From Flavobacteriales bacterium (GTDB lineage Bacteria; Bacteroidota; Bacteroidia; M30B66): DNA of 64,000 bases. Of the stretch, positions 21,010-30,823 are shown in pieces. Numbering within the stretch: position 1 is the stretch's first letter; each line of letters starts with the position of its first letter. The position numbers and the translations under genes were made by a program. The notes beneath the pieces are model-generated. The model ran no database searches. It was given only the letters and a program-made list of their open reading frames with translations, and was not told the origin of the DNA. The DNA lies in contig JBKBKN010000010.1 in the NCBI GenBank assembly GCA_046294625.1, forward strand, positions 27,151 through 91,150, read 5' to 3'.

Positions 21010-23814
21010 CTATCTCAAAAGGGTGAGCGAACCGTTTTTAACAATTTGTTTTCCGGAAAAATCCTGTGCTTCGACTACGAAAAAGTAAACACCTTCTGGC
21101 GCAGGTAAGCCATTGATGTCGCCATTCCACGATTGATCAAGTCCTTGAAATTCAAAAATTAATTGTCCCCATCGATTGAAGATTTTTGCCTTCAATTCTT
21201 TAGCACCTGAAATATTGGGCTTGAAGAAGTCATTAAAACTATCTCCATTGGGTGTAAAGCTATTAGAGATTTCCAATACAAGTTCACCTGAGGTAACAAT
21301 TATTTCGACAGTGAATTCATCTTGACAGTCATTTATGCTACAAACCCTTTTTACTTGATAAGTTCCAGGTTGTGTGAAGGTGAAAGAGCCGGCAGCAAGA
21401 GATTGCTCTGCCTGTTCATTGATAAACCAGTTGCACTCTTGCCCCGCAATAGATTCAGGGGTAAATATCACCGTAAGCGGAGTTTCTCCTGAAGTTGCAG
21501 ATGCAGAGAAAGCGGCATTCAATTCTATTTGAATCACAGTTACCGTATCTGATGATGAATTGCAGGCGCCCTCAACAGTGAGAATATATTGTCCTGCCTG
21601 TGAAACAGTGATGGTGTTGGCAGTGGATCCTCCTGTCCAGTTATTTCCGGATTCAAAATTTGAACTAAGGGTGATGCTTTCACCTTCGCACAATTCGATC
21701 GAACCGGAAGGATTAATCAATGCTTCTATTAATGAACCTTCTGAAATCGTGATGATGGAAGGAGCACTTAGACAATTGTCGATAGTTTGAACAACGTATA
21801 GTATGCTGTAGGCGCCTGCTGGAAAGCTAAAAGTACTTCCGGCAGCAAGTAGATCGCTTAGCTGCGGATCGTTATACCAGCCAATCGTGCCTTGACCTGT
21901 AGCGGTGATATTGACTGATTGATTTGGACATGCAAATACTTCTGATGGAACTTCCGGATTTTCCGGTTTGGGGGTGATTTCAATATTGACAATGGCTGGT
22001 TGACTAAAACAACCATTTACTTTTTGTACCACATACAAAGTGTTGGAAGCTTCGGTTACTGGTTGATAGGAAAAATCTTCGGCAAGCAGTTCGGTTAGAT
22101 TTTCATCATCAAACCAAATAATTAATGCATCTTGGTCGCCCAACGCTATTAGTGGAGCTGCATCTTCGCCCTGACAATAGCTTACAGGTCCAATCACTGT
22201 TGGAGGTTCGGGCGATGTGGCAACTTCGAAACTTACACTTTGTTGGCTTTGACAGTTTCCAGAGCCAATGGTGTAGGTTATAGTCACCAATCCTGATGCG
22301 AGCGCAGGGTTGAAAATTCCTTGCTCATTAATTCCTTGTCCCGACCAGGTTCCACCTTCAGTGCCGGTGACAAAGGCATTAAAGTCCTGAAGTCCATCGG
22401 CTGAACAGATGTTTTGCGTTAAAGCCCATGAAGCATCGCCCCCCTGATTAAGAGTCACGTTTTGTGTAACCACCGATTCGCAGTCATTATTGCTCACAGT
22501 ATAGGTCAAGGCAATCGTGCCGGAGAGTCCGCTTGTGTTCCAGAAATTACCGTTAACACCCTGACCTGACCATATGCCACCTTGCGCACCAGTCACCAAT
22601 TCATTGAGGTCGATAATTTCACCTGAACACACACCTATCGGGATGTTCCATGAAGCATTGTCAGCAGGTATGATTGTGAATATTTCTGTAGAATTTGATA
22701 AACAACCAGAAACCACCACCGTGTAAGTAATACCAATAGAGCCCGATAGACCAAAAGGATTGAGTATATTATTAACTACTCCCTGACCGGAAAAGTTCCC
22801 ACCAGGTGTTCCGGTCACCAACCCATTTAGATTAATTGGGCTTGCATTTGCACAGATTGGACCTGGATTGCTGAAAGTTGGATCAGGTAGTTGAATTATA
22901 TTAATAGTCTGTGTTTGCGAAGTGCTGCATGAACCCTGTGTCACAGTGTAGGTTACTTCGACTGCGCCTGATAAACCTTCTACGAAAAAGAAATTTCCTC
23001 CTATTACACCTTCACCACTCCAGGTGCCACCTGGATTTCCGGTTACTAAAGAATTTAAATTAATTGGTGGAGAGTTGGAACATACATTTCCATTGAAGGG
23101 AGGTGTCCAGCTTGCTGAAAGAGGAATAAAAGGGGCGTTGCAACCATTGTTGATATAAGTCGCATTGCCCTGTGCATCGAACAAAACAGTGGCACCATCT
23201 TGCGCACCGGGTTGCCCATTTTGATTGACCAATTGATTGAGTTGATAAGAAACAGCATTGCTGCAACCAGCCGGGGAAGAGAAGGACATTGAAAGGGTAC
23301 GCGTGCCGCCTGCAGCATTAAAATTGGCAAAATGCCCTTGTGTAGATGTGCCACAATGAAAGAGCATATAGGTAGTATCTGTAAGACCTGCAAATGAATT
23401 AGATGCCACATTCATATCAACACTTGTTACCAATATCACTTTACTGTTTGCAGGTAAAATTCCGTTAACCGGCTCAAGTAGCCACCCACATGCTTCAATT
23501 GTGGCATTCAGCTGCGCTACTTTTTGTGCAGTAGTTGCATTTTGGCAAGTGCCCAGCCAGGGAATTGTAGTAGTGGCCCAGGTCACACTCATGTTGGAGA
23601 CATTCAAAGGTGCTGATCCTACTTGAAAGCTGATCATTTCGTTGAGTCCTTCTTGGCCGGTAGGCGCACATGCATCAACAAGTATGCTGGTGATTTGAAA
23701 ACAATTTGATGTTTGAGACAGAAGCTGATGGCTAGCAATGGTAACAGATAAAAGGAGCGTAATCAGTAATTTCATAAATAGCATTAAGGCCTCAAAATTA
23801 ATTTTAAAAAGCAT
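21010..23814 (-). CDS. Large surface protein with Ig-like/PKD repeats and a T9SS type B (gliding-motility-associated) C-terminal domain
   Basis: Signal peptide; four ~75-aa repeats; PKD-like AAFSASATSGETPLTVIF; C-terminal NSFTPNGDSFNDFF...IFNRWGQLIF...W.G...GVYFF...GSLTLLR. Confidence 0.9.
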   Translation of the reverse strand: MLFKINFEALMLFMKLLITLLLSVTIASHQLLSQTSNCFQITSILVDACAPTGQEGLNEMISFQVGSAPLNVSNMSVTWATTTIPWLGTCQNATTAQKVAQLNATIEACGWLLEPVNGILPANSKVILVTSVDMNVASNSFAGLTDTTYMLFHCGTSTQGHFANFNAAGGTRTLSMSFSSPAGCSNAVSYQLNQLVNQNGQPGAQDGATVLFDAQGNATYINNGCNAPFIPLSASWTPPFNGNVCSNSPPINLNSLVTGNPGGTWSGEGVIGGNFFFVEGLSGAVEVTYTVTQGSCSTSQTQTINIIQLPDPTFSNPGPICANASPINLNGLVTGTPGGNFSGQGVVNNILNPFGLSGSIGITYTVVVSGCLSNSTEIFTIIPADNASWNIPIGVCSGEIIDLNELVTGAQGGIWSGQGVNGNFWNTSGLSGTIALTYTVSNNDCESVVTQNVTLNQGGDASWALTQNICSADGLQDFNAFVTGTEGGTWSGQGINEQGIFNPALASGLVTITYTIGSGNCQSQQSVSFEVATSPEPPTVIGPVSYCQGEDAAPLIALGDQDALIIWFDDENLTELLAEDFSYQPVTEASNTLYVVQKVNGCFSQPAIVNIEITPKPENPEVPSEVFACPNQSVNITATGQGTIGWYNDPQLSDLLAAGSTFSFPAGAYSILYVVQTIDNCLSAPSIITISEGSLIEALINPSGSIELCEGESITLSSNFESGNNWTGGSTANTITVSQAGQYILTVEGACNSSSDTVTVIQIELNAAFSASATSGETPLTVIFTPESIAGQECNWFINEQAEQSLAAGSFTFTQPGTYQVKRVCSINDCQDEFTVEIIVTSGELVLEISNSFTPNGDSFNDFFKPNISGAKELKAKIFNRWGQLIFEFQGLDQSWNGDINGLPAPEGVYFFVVEAQDFSGKQIVKNGSLTLLR

Positions 23815-23867
23815 TGAAAAACACTGCGCGTTTAAATAAATTGTTAATAAGCGATGCCATCAATTGA

Positions 23868-23896
23868 TTTGCAGAGAAGTAAAGAAAGTATATTTG
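23868..23896 (+). promoter_or_regulatory. guaA promoter (-33/-7)
   Basis: TTTG (23868-71), 17-nt spacer, TATATTTG (23889-96); ATG follows 3 nt later. Confidence 0.65.
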
Positions 23897-23899
23897 CGC

Positions 23900-25426
23900 A
23901 TGAGAGAAAGCATACTCATTTTAGATTTTGGCTCACAGTACACGCAACTCATTGCCCGCAGAATTAGAGAATTAAAGGTTTATTGTGAAATACATCCATT
24001 TAACAAGATTCCGGAAATACACGAAGGAATAAAGGGAGTAATCTTATCAGGCAGCCCATATTCAGTGCGAGGTCATGATGCGCTGATTCCTGATTTGTCT
24101 GCCATAAAGAAACGATTGCCTTTGCTTGGAATTTGCTATGGAGCTCAGTTTTTGGCGCACCATTTTGGTGGAGAAGTAGCACAATCCAAAATCAGAGAAT
24201 ATGGACGTTCCCATTTAAAAATTAAGCAAAACAACGACTTATTAGATGGCGTTTCGGAACATTCTCAAGTATGGATGTCGCATGGAGATAGCATTATTCG
24301 TTTACCGGAGCATGTGGAGATCATTGCTTCAACTGAAGATATTCCTGTAGCAGCTTTTGCATTTGAAAATGAACCTACTTACGGCATCCAGTTTCATCCG
24401 GAAGTAACCCACTCCACAGATGGCAAAATAGTTATTTCCAATTTTTTGTTTAAAATATGCAATTGCACCGGTGATTGGACTTCTGAAGCGTTTATCAAAT
24501 CTACCGTACAAACTATCAAAAACAAAGTTGGTAAAGATCGGGTAGTGTTAGGTTTAAGTGGGGGTGTAGATTCATCTGTAGCAGCATTGCTTTTGCACGA
24601 AGCCATTGGAGACCAGTTGTTTTGCATTTTTGTTGACAATGGCCTTTTGCGCAAAAATGAATTTGAACAGGTGCTTCATGGTTACCAGGAAATGGGGATC
24701 AACATCATTGGAGTGAATGCCGCCAGAAAATTTATAGACGCTTTGAAGGGTGAAAGTGATCCTGAAAGAAAGCGAAAAATTATTGGAAGAACTTTTATTG
24801 AAGTATTTGATGAGGAAGCTGCGAAAATAAAGGATGTTGTTTGGCTAGCACAAGGAACAATTTACCCGGATGTAATAGAGTCTGTATCAGTAAAAGGCCC
24901 TTCTGCCACCATCAAGTCGCATCACAACGTTGGAGGTTTGCCTGACTACATGAAACTAAAGGTAATTGAACCATTGAATACCTTGTTTAAGGATGAGGTT
25001 AGAGAAGTAGGCCATGCACTTGGCTTACATGTAGACATTCTGCACCGACATCCTTTTCCAGGCCCCGGTCTTGCTATCAGAATACTTGGCGATATCACAG
25101 TTGAAAAGGTGCGAATTTTGCAGGAGGCAGATGATATCTTTATCAGCAATTTGAAAAAGAGTGGAGCATACAAAGATGTTTGGCAAGCAGGCGCTATATT
25201 TCTACCGATCAATTCGGTGGGTGTAATGGGAGATGAACGCACTTATGAAAACGTGATTTGCCTGCGGGCCGTCACGAGTCTTGACGGTATGACTGCCGAT
25301 TGGTGTCATCTTTCTTATGAATTGCTGGCAAAAATTTCAAATGAAATCATCAATAAAGTGAAAGGTATAAATCGAGTAGTATATGATATTAGCTCAAAGC
25401 CCCCGGCAACCATTGAGTGGGAATAG
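23900..25426 (+). CDS. guaA: GMP synthase (glutamine-hydrolysing)
   Basis: [42 protein letters not shown] motifs. Confidence 0.98.
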   Translation: MRESILILDFGSQYTQLIARRIRELKVYCEIHPFNKIPEIHEGIKGVILSGSPYSVRGHDALIPDLSAIKKRLPLLGICYGAQFLAHHFGGEVAQSKIREYGRSHLKIKQNNDLLDGVSEHSQVWMSHGDSIIRLPEHVEIIASTEDIPVAAFAFENEPTYGIQFHPEVTHSTDGKIVISNFLFKICNCTGDWTSEAFIKSTVQTIKNKVGKDRVVLGLSGGVDSSVAALLLHEAIGDQLFCIFVDNGLLRKNEFEQVLHGYQEMGINIIGVNAARKFIDALKGESDPERKRKIIGRTFIEVFDEEAAKIKDVVWLAQGTIYPDVIESVSVKGPSATIKSHHNVGGLPDYMKLKVIEPLNTLFKDEVREVGHALGLHVDILHRHPFPGPGLAIRILGDITVEKVRILQEADDIFISNLKKSGAYKDVWQAGAIFLPINSVGVMGDERTYENVICLRAVTSLDGMTADWCHLSYELLAKISNEIINKVKGINRVVYDISSKPPATIEWE

Positions 25427-27044
25427 GATTCTAATAGTTCTCACTTTTTGTTTCATGCAAATGACATTTCTGCATGGTCAGACCAGTGACTGTGAGCAAG
25501 GAAAAACGCATTTAGTGAAAAAAGGGCAAACCATTTATGGCATCTCCAAGCAATACAATGTTTCGCAAGAAGATCTGCTGCGATGCAATCCGGAATTAGC
25601 AAAGGATGGACTGAAATTAGGTGCATCAATCAAAATCCCGCAAAAATCAGTTTCAGAGAAGAATGGACAGACTAAAAGCGTTTCTAATGAAAGCGTTCAA
25701 TTTCACGTGGTGAAAGCCAAAGAAACCATATATGGTATTTCAAAAACATATAATATTTCTCAAGATCAGTTATTGCAACTCAATCCGGAATTAGAGCAAG
25801 GTTTGAAAATTGGCATGGAATTAAAGATTCCAGTTTCTGCGAAAGCTCCACCACCAGTGAAGACAGCCAAGGAGAAAAATCAAAAAGAAACCTTGCCGGA
25901 AAATGAGCAGAAGAAATCTGAACAAGATCAATTAGCAAAATACGAGCCTGCAGAACCTAAGGTTTCTTGCAAGCCACTCAAGGGAAGTGAGAAAGCCAAG
26001 GTCCATAAAGTTGCTTTACTGCTTCCCTTTTATAGTTCATCTCAGGAACGGCTCAATCCTCGATCCAAAATTGGCATTGATTTTTATCAGGGCGTTAAAT
26101 ATGCTATGGACTCTCTGCGAAAAGAAGGACTTTTTGCACGACTGTACGTTTTTAATACGCAAAATGACAGCAATGTGGTTCGGTCGCTTATTCGTAAAGG
26201 AGAACTGGATGAAATGAATTTAATTATCGGACCACTTTTTAATACCATTTTCGTTCAGGTTTCCGAATATGCGAAGCAGAAAAAGATTCCGATTATTTCT
26301 CCTTTTGTTCAGGCCGATGCCATCATCAGAAATAATCCTTATGCAGTGAAAGTCACACCCGATCAAGAAATGCTGACCGATGCAAGTGCCCGGTTTCTAA
26401 AAAAGAATTTTAATGGAAGTGAAATCATATTGGTAGCTAATTCGCTGGAAAAGGACAAGGATATCATCAAAAACTTTAAAGAAGCCTTCAGCAATGTCGG
26501 ATTGCAGTTCAAGCAAATTAACTATACCTCTTTTAGTGAAGTGTCTCAGGCAATTGATGAGCAAAAACAAACTATAGTCGTTTTCCCATCGACTGCGCAG
26601 GCTCAGGTGTACGATTTTGTAGCCAAATTGAATGGTATACGTAACAAAAACATCATACTTTTTGGCCTTGCAGAATGGAATAATTTTGAGAACATGGAGT
26701 ATCAATATCTTGATAACCTAAGGTTTCATTATGCATCAAGCGCTATGGCGGACTTTACATCGGAAGAATCGCTAAGGTTTCAGAATACATTTCGTGAAGA
26801 GTTTAAGACTGAAGCAAGCGCATTTGCACTTCATGGCTTCGATGTCGGTTATTACTTTTTAAAAGCTTTGTTGCACTATGGTAATGATTTTCATAAGTGC
26901 TTACCTGAATTTTCGGAATACAATGGTTTCAACAGCAACATGAAATTTACGCAACTAAACAAGCAGAGTGGATATGAAAATGCGAGTGTTTTTATTGTGC
27001 GCATTGAAGATTTAACCGCAAAAAAACTAAACAGGAATGAATAA
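25383..27044 (+). CDS. LysM-domain protein with a periplasmic-binding-protein-like C-terminal domain
   Basis: Two LysM repeats ([16 protein letters not shown]; [16 protein letters not shown]), then VALLLPF..IIGP; true start probably 25413-25455. Confidence 0.85.
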   Translation: MILAQSPRQPLSGNRILIVLTFCFMQMTFLHGQTSDCEQGKTHLVKKGQTIYGISKQYNVSQEDLLRCNPELAKDGLKLGASIKIPQKSVSEKNGQTKSVSNESVQFHVVKAKETIYGISKTYNISQDQLLQLNPELEQGLKIGMELKIPVSAKAPPPVKTAKEKNQKETLPENEQKKSEQDQLAKYEPAEPKVSCKPLKGSEKAKVHKVALLLPFYSSSQERLNPRSKIGIDFYQGVKYAMDSLRKEGLFARLYVFNTQNDSNVVRSLIRKGELDEMNLIIGPLFNTIFVQVSEYAKQKKIPIISPFVQADAIIRNNPYAVKVTPDQEMLTDASARFLKKNFNGSEIILVANSLEKDKDIIKNFKEAFSNVGLQFKQINYTSFSEVSQAIDEQKQTIVVFPSTAQAQVYDFVAKLNGIRNKNIILFGLAEWNNFENMEYQYLDNLRFHYASSAMADFTSEESLRFQNTFREEFKTEASAFALHGFDVGYYFLKALLHYGNDFHKCLPEFSEYNGFNSNMKFTQLNKQSGYENASVFIVRIEDLTAKKLNRNE

Positions 27045-27939
27045 AGAATTGATTGCAGAGAAATTTCGTTCGCTTCAGGAAGACATTATTCTTGGACTGG
27101 AGAAGTTGGATGGTAGGGGAAAGTTTCGTCGCGACAGTTGGAGTAGGGCAGAAGGAGGCGGGGGCCTCACCTGTGTGATGGAAAAGGGGGATGTGATTGA
27201 GAAAGGAGGGGTTAATTTTTCAGCGGTTTACGGTCCGCTTGGTGAACACGCTGCAAGAAATTTGAAAGTAGAAGCTGAAAATTTTTATGCAACAGGCGTC
27301 TCTATCGTCATTCATCCTGAAAATCCCAATGTTCCGATTATTCATATGAATGTAAGGTATTTTGAGCTCGAGTCAGGGATGTATTGGTTTGGTGGTGGAA
27401 TCGATCTTACGCCGCATTATATTGTAAAAGAAGATGCAAAGCTTTTTCATCAGCAACTACAAGCAGTTTGTGATAAGCATCATCAGGAGTTTTATGGCAG
27501 ATTTAAGAGATGGGCCGATGATTATTTTTTTAATCAGCACCGCAATGAAACTCGGGGTATTGGTGGCATTTTTTTCGATCGGCTTGAACATAAATCACTG
27601 ATCTTGTCAAAGCAAAATATATTCGATTTTGTAATGGATGTTGGCAACTTATTTTTGAAGGTTTACGCTGTTTTAGTGAATAAGCATCGTGCTGACTACT
27701 ATGACGAACAGCAAAAGTATTGGCAATTGGTGCGTCGTGGAAGATATGTCGAGTTTAATCTGGTGTACGATCGGGGAACGAAATTTGGACTAGAAACAAA
27801 TGGCCGTGCAGACTCGATATTAATGAGCTTATCTCCTGTTGCAGTATGGCCTTATGAAGTCAATCCCGACCCTGAGTCAAATGAAGCACAAACACTTCGG
27901 CTCCTTCGTAAAAATATTGATTGGATAGGACAAGACTGA
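27037..27939 (+). CDS. hemF: Oxygen-dependent coproporphyrinogen III oxidase
   Basis: EKGGVNFS, HMNVRYF, WFGGGIDLTP, RRGRYVEFNLVYDRGTKFGL motifs. Confidence 0.97.
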   Translation: MNKELIAEKFRSLQEDIILGLEKLDGRGKFRRDSWSRAEGGGGLTCVMEKGDVIEKGGVNFSAVYGPLGEHAARNLKVEAENFYATGVSIVIHPENPNVPIIHMNVRYFELESGMYWFGGGIDLTPHYIVKEDAKLFHQQLQAVCDKHHQEFYGRFKRWADDYFFNQHRNETRGIGGIFFDRLEHKSLILSKQNIFDFVMDVGNLFLKVYAVLVNKHRADYYDEQQKYWQLVRRGRYVEFNLVYDRGTKFGLETNGRADSILMSLSPVAVWPYEVNPDPESNEAQTLRLLRKNIDWIGQD

Positions 27940-27961
27940 ATTATGCTTTCAGCTATGTGAT

Positions 27962-29350
27962 TCAGAACGATACAAGATTTTGGTCGATAAAGAAGCCGGG
28001 CAGAACACCTAGAGCCAAAATAGCTCCAATAATAAGCACCAAAATACCTTTATAAAGCAATGACAACTGCACGGTATTCCATGCTTCTCCTTCTTTTGAG
28101 AAAGCGTAAATAATTGGCTTGAAATAATAGTAAAGGCTAATGAGCGATCCTATTATCGCAATGATGACGATGTAAATCATGCCGCTTCCAAAAGCATTTA
28201 CAAATACAAAGTATTTTCCAAAGAAACCTGACAAAGGAGGAATACCCGCCAATGAAAGTAATGAGAAAATTAAAGTAGCAGTAAGTAAAGGATTGTTTTT
28301 TGCCAAGCCTTTGAACCTGTCTAATGGAAAATCTTGTCTAGCTTCTATCAATGCAATTAATACTGCAAATATGCCTACAGAAGCAAGGCTGTATGCCGCG
28401 GTATAATAAAAAATTGCAGATCCCGATAGTTCATTGAGTGCAAGTAAAGGCAACATCAAATATCCTGCATGAGAAATACTTGAATAAGCCAAGACTCTTT
28501 TGGTTTCTGTTTGGGCAAGTGCAGTGAGATTACCGATGAGGATAGTAGCTACCGCTAAGATCCAGATAATTATAAACCAGTTGCCATTAACACCGCTAAA
28601 GCAGATATCAAACATTCTGTAAAAAGCGCCAATACCGGCTGTTTTTACTACAGTAGCCATCATCAAGGTGAATAGGGTAGGTGAGCCCTGGTAAACATCC
28701 GGAGTCCAAAAATGAAAAGGGACTAAACCAATCTTGAAGGCAAATCCGACAAGCATCAAGAGCATACCTGTTGCAAACATTGGTGATGCAACGCCATAAT
28801 TGGAAACATACTCTTTAATATTGTTGAGATAGAAACTATTTGTTTCGCCAAAAATGAAAGCGATCCCAAACAATAAAAATCCTGTTGCAAAAGCACCCAT
28901 CAAAAAGTATTTCAATGCAGCTTCATTAGAAGCAAGGTTAAGCCTTCGGCTTCCTGCCAGAACGTATAATGGAATAGACATTACTTCAATTCCCATAAAC
29001 AGCATGACCAGATTGTCGAACGAAACCATTAAAATTGCACCTACAAGGCTAAAAAGCATTAAGGCATATAAGTCAGCGACTCCTGCATTTTCGTTTCTGA
29101 AATGATAGGATGCAATCAGAAACAATAAAGCGACAATACTTGTCATGAGTATTCCAAATGAAACGGCGTAGTTGTCGAAAGCGACCATTTCATTGAAATA
29201 CAATTTGAATGAACCGTGATCGTTGATAAGAAGCACAATAGCTATTAAAGTGCCGATTACGGCTACAGGTAAAAGAATACTTTTTTTATGAAAGGCTCCC
29301 AGAAAAAGAAGGATAAAACCTAAAACAGTGAGTACGATAAGAGTTGCCAT
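27962..29350 (-). CDS. nuoN: NADH-quinone oxidoreductase subunit N
   Basis: EAALKYF, FKIGLVPFHFWTPDVYQGSP, KRVLAYSSISHAGY motifs. Confidence 0.96.
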   Translation of the reverse strand: MATLIVLTVLGFILLFLGAFHKKSILLPVAVIGTLIAIVLLINDHGSFKLYFNEMVAFDNYAVSFGILMTSIVALLFLIASYHFRNENAGVADLYALMLFSLVGAILMVSFDNLVMLFMGIEVMSIPLYVLAGSRRLNLASNEAALKYFLMGAFATGFLLFGIAFIFGETNSFYLNNIKEYVSNYGVASPMFATGMLLMLVGFAFKIGLVPFHFWTPDVYQGSPTLFTLMMATVVKTAGIGAFYRMFDICFSGVNGNWFIIIWILAVATILIGNLTALAQTETKRVLAYSSISHAGYLMLPLLALNELSGSAIFYYTAAYSLASVGIFAVLIALIEARQDFPLDRFKGLAKNNPLLTATLIFSLLSLAGIPPLSGFFGKYFVFVNAFGSGMIYIVIIAIIGSLISLYYYFKPIIYAFSKEGEAWNTVQLSLLYKGILVLIIGAILALGVLPGFFIDQNLVSF

Positions 29351-29352
29351 AG

Positions 29353-30816
29353 TTAAAAGTTGATTCCTGATTTCTGGTTAATGATATCGAGTATTTTATT
29401 TACGGAGAATTCTGTCAGATTAAATATGAATTGCGGGTAAACGCCTAGGAAAATGATTAGTAATGCAATTGGAATCAATACCAGTTTTTCGGTGATGTTT
29501 AAATCTGCAAAAGATGAATTGTCGGTTCTGTCCGATCCAAGCAAAGACATTCTATAAGCTCTAAGCATGTAAACAGCTCCGAAAATGATGGTTAAACCGG
29601 CCAAGGCCGCAAACCAGCTGTTGTATTCATACAATGATTTAAGCAATAGGAATTCTCCCGGAAACCCGCTCGTAAGTGGCAATGCAACGGCACCAAAGCT
29701 AATAATCATATAACAGGAAGCAAAAACCGGAGCGATTTGCCTGATACCTCCCATTTTGGTCAAATCATTGGTCTGGAGTCTGTTTGAGAATATTTCAGCC
29801 ACAAAGAATAAGCCAACCACATTGATTCCGTGAGCCAGCATTTGAATCATAGCTCCCTGAAAGCCACTGAGCGAAAGCGTAAAAAGTCCAGCAGCAATCA
29901 GTCCTACGTGGGCAATCGAAGAATAAGCAAATAATCTTTTAATATCGTTTTGTGACAGCGCAATCCATGAAGCATAGACAATTCCTGTTACCGACAAAAT
30001 AATGGCAATGTTAGTCCAATCCATAACAGCTAATGGCGCAATTGGAAACAACCATCGCACAAGGCTGTAAAGTCCCATTTTGAGCATAATGCCGGATAGC
30101 ATCATTGTGCCTGCATTGGGTGCTGTAGTGTAAGTGTCGGGTTGCCAGGTGTGAAAAGGGAAGATCGGAATCTTGATTGCGTATGCCAGGAAAAAGCCCC
30201 AAAAAATCCAATTTTGTTCTTTGGCCGAAAGAGCAGCTTTGTAAAAAGCATCGGCAGAAAAGCTTTTATCTTCATTGACAAAATAAAGATAAATGATGGC
30301 CGCAAGCATAAATAAGCTGCCAGCCAGCGTGTAAACGAAAAATTTAAAGGTGATTTTAACCCTATTTTCTCCACCCCAGATCAATGCAATAAAATAGATA
30401 GGAATGAGCGCCAACTCCCAAAAAATGTAATACAAAAACGCATCTAAAGCTACGAAGACACCAACCATTGCTCCCTGCATGAAAAGCATCAGCGCATAAA
30501 ACCACTGTGTCTGCTTAAATTCTCTTCTGAATGTTGAAAGCAAGATTAATGGCATCAAGCCATTTGTCAGAATGAGCATCAAAGCTGAAATACCATCGAT
30601 TCCAATGTGAAAACTTATTCCCAAAGACGTAATCCAGGGTTCATTAACTATAAATTGAGTATCTGCCCATGGGTTAAACTGTGTAATGAGAAGGGCAGTG
30701 GTTACTAATTGAATTAACGACGCAGATAATGCCAGGATTTTTGACATTCCCTTTGGAAATATCAATAAGCTCAAAGCTGCAAGTATGGGAAAGAATATAA
30801 GTGCGATGGTGATCAT
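29353..30816 (-). CDS. nuoM: NADH-quinone oxidoreductase subunit M
   Basis: FWELALIP, IKIPIFPFHTWQPD, LKMGLY; start at MITIAL. Confidence 0.96.
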   Translation of the reverse strand: MITIALIFFPILAALSLLIFPKGMSKILALSASLIQLVTTALLITQFNPWADTQFIVNEPWITSLGISFHIGIDGISALMLILTNGLMPLILLSTFRREFKQTQWFYALMLFMQGAMVGVFVALDAFLYYIFWELALIPIYFIALIWGGENRVKITFKFFVYTLAGSLFMLAAIIYLYFVNEDKSFSADAFYKAALSAKEQNWIFWGFFLAYAIKIPIFPFHTWQPDTYTTAPNAGTMMLSGIMLKMGLYSLVRWLFPIAPLAVMDWTNIAIILSVTGIVYASWIALSQNDIKRLFAYSSIAHVGLIAAGLFTLSLSGFQGAMIQMLAHGINVVGLFFVAEIFSNRLQTNDLTKMGGIRQIAPVFASCYMIISFGAVALPLTSGFPGEFLLLKSLYEYNSWFAALAGLTIIFGAVYMLRAYRMSLLGSDRTDNSSFADLNITEKLVLIPIALLIIFLGVYPQFIFNLTEFSVNKILDIINQKSGINF

Positions 30817-30823
30817 TCCGTTA

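Noticed and set aside
22220-23120. Repeated sequence as a possible CRISPR or DNA repeat array
   Set aside because: The repeats are diverged protein-level domains within one ORF; no identical DNA repeats with spacers
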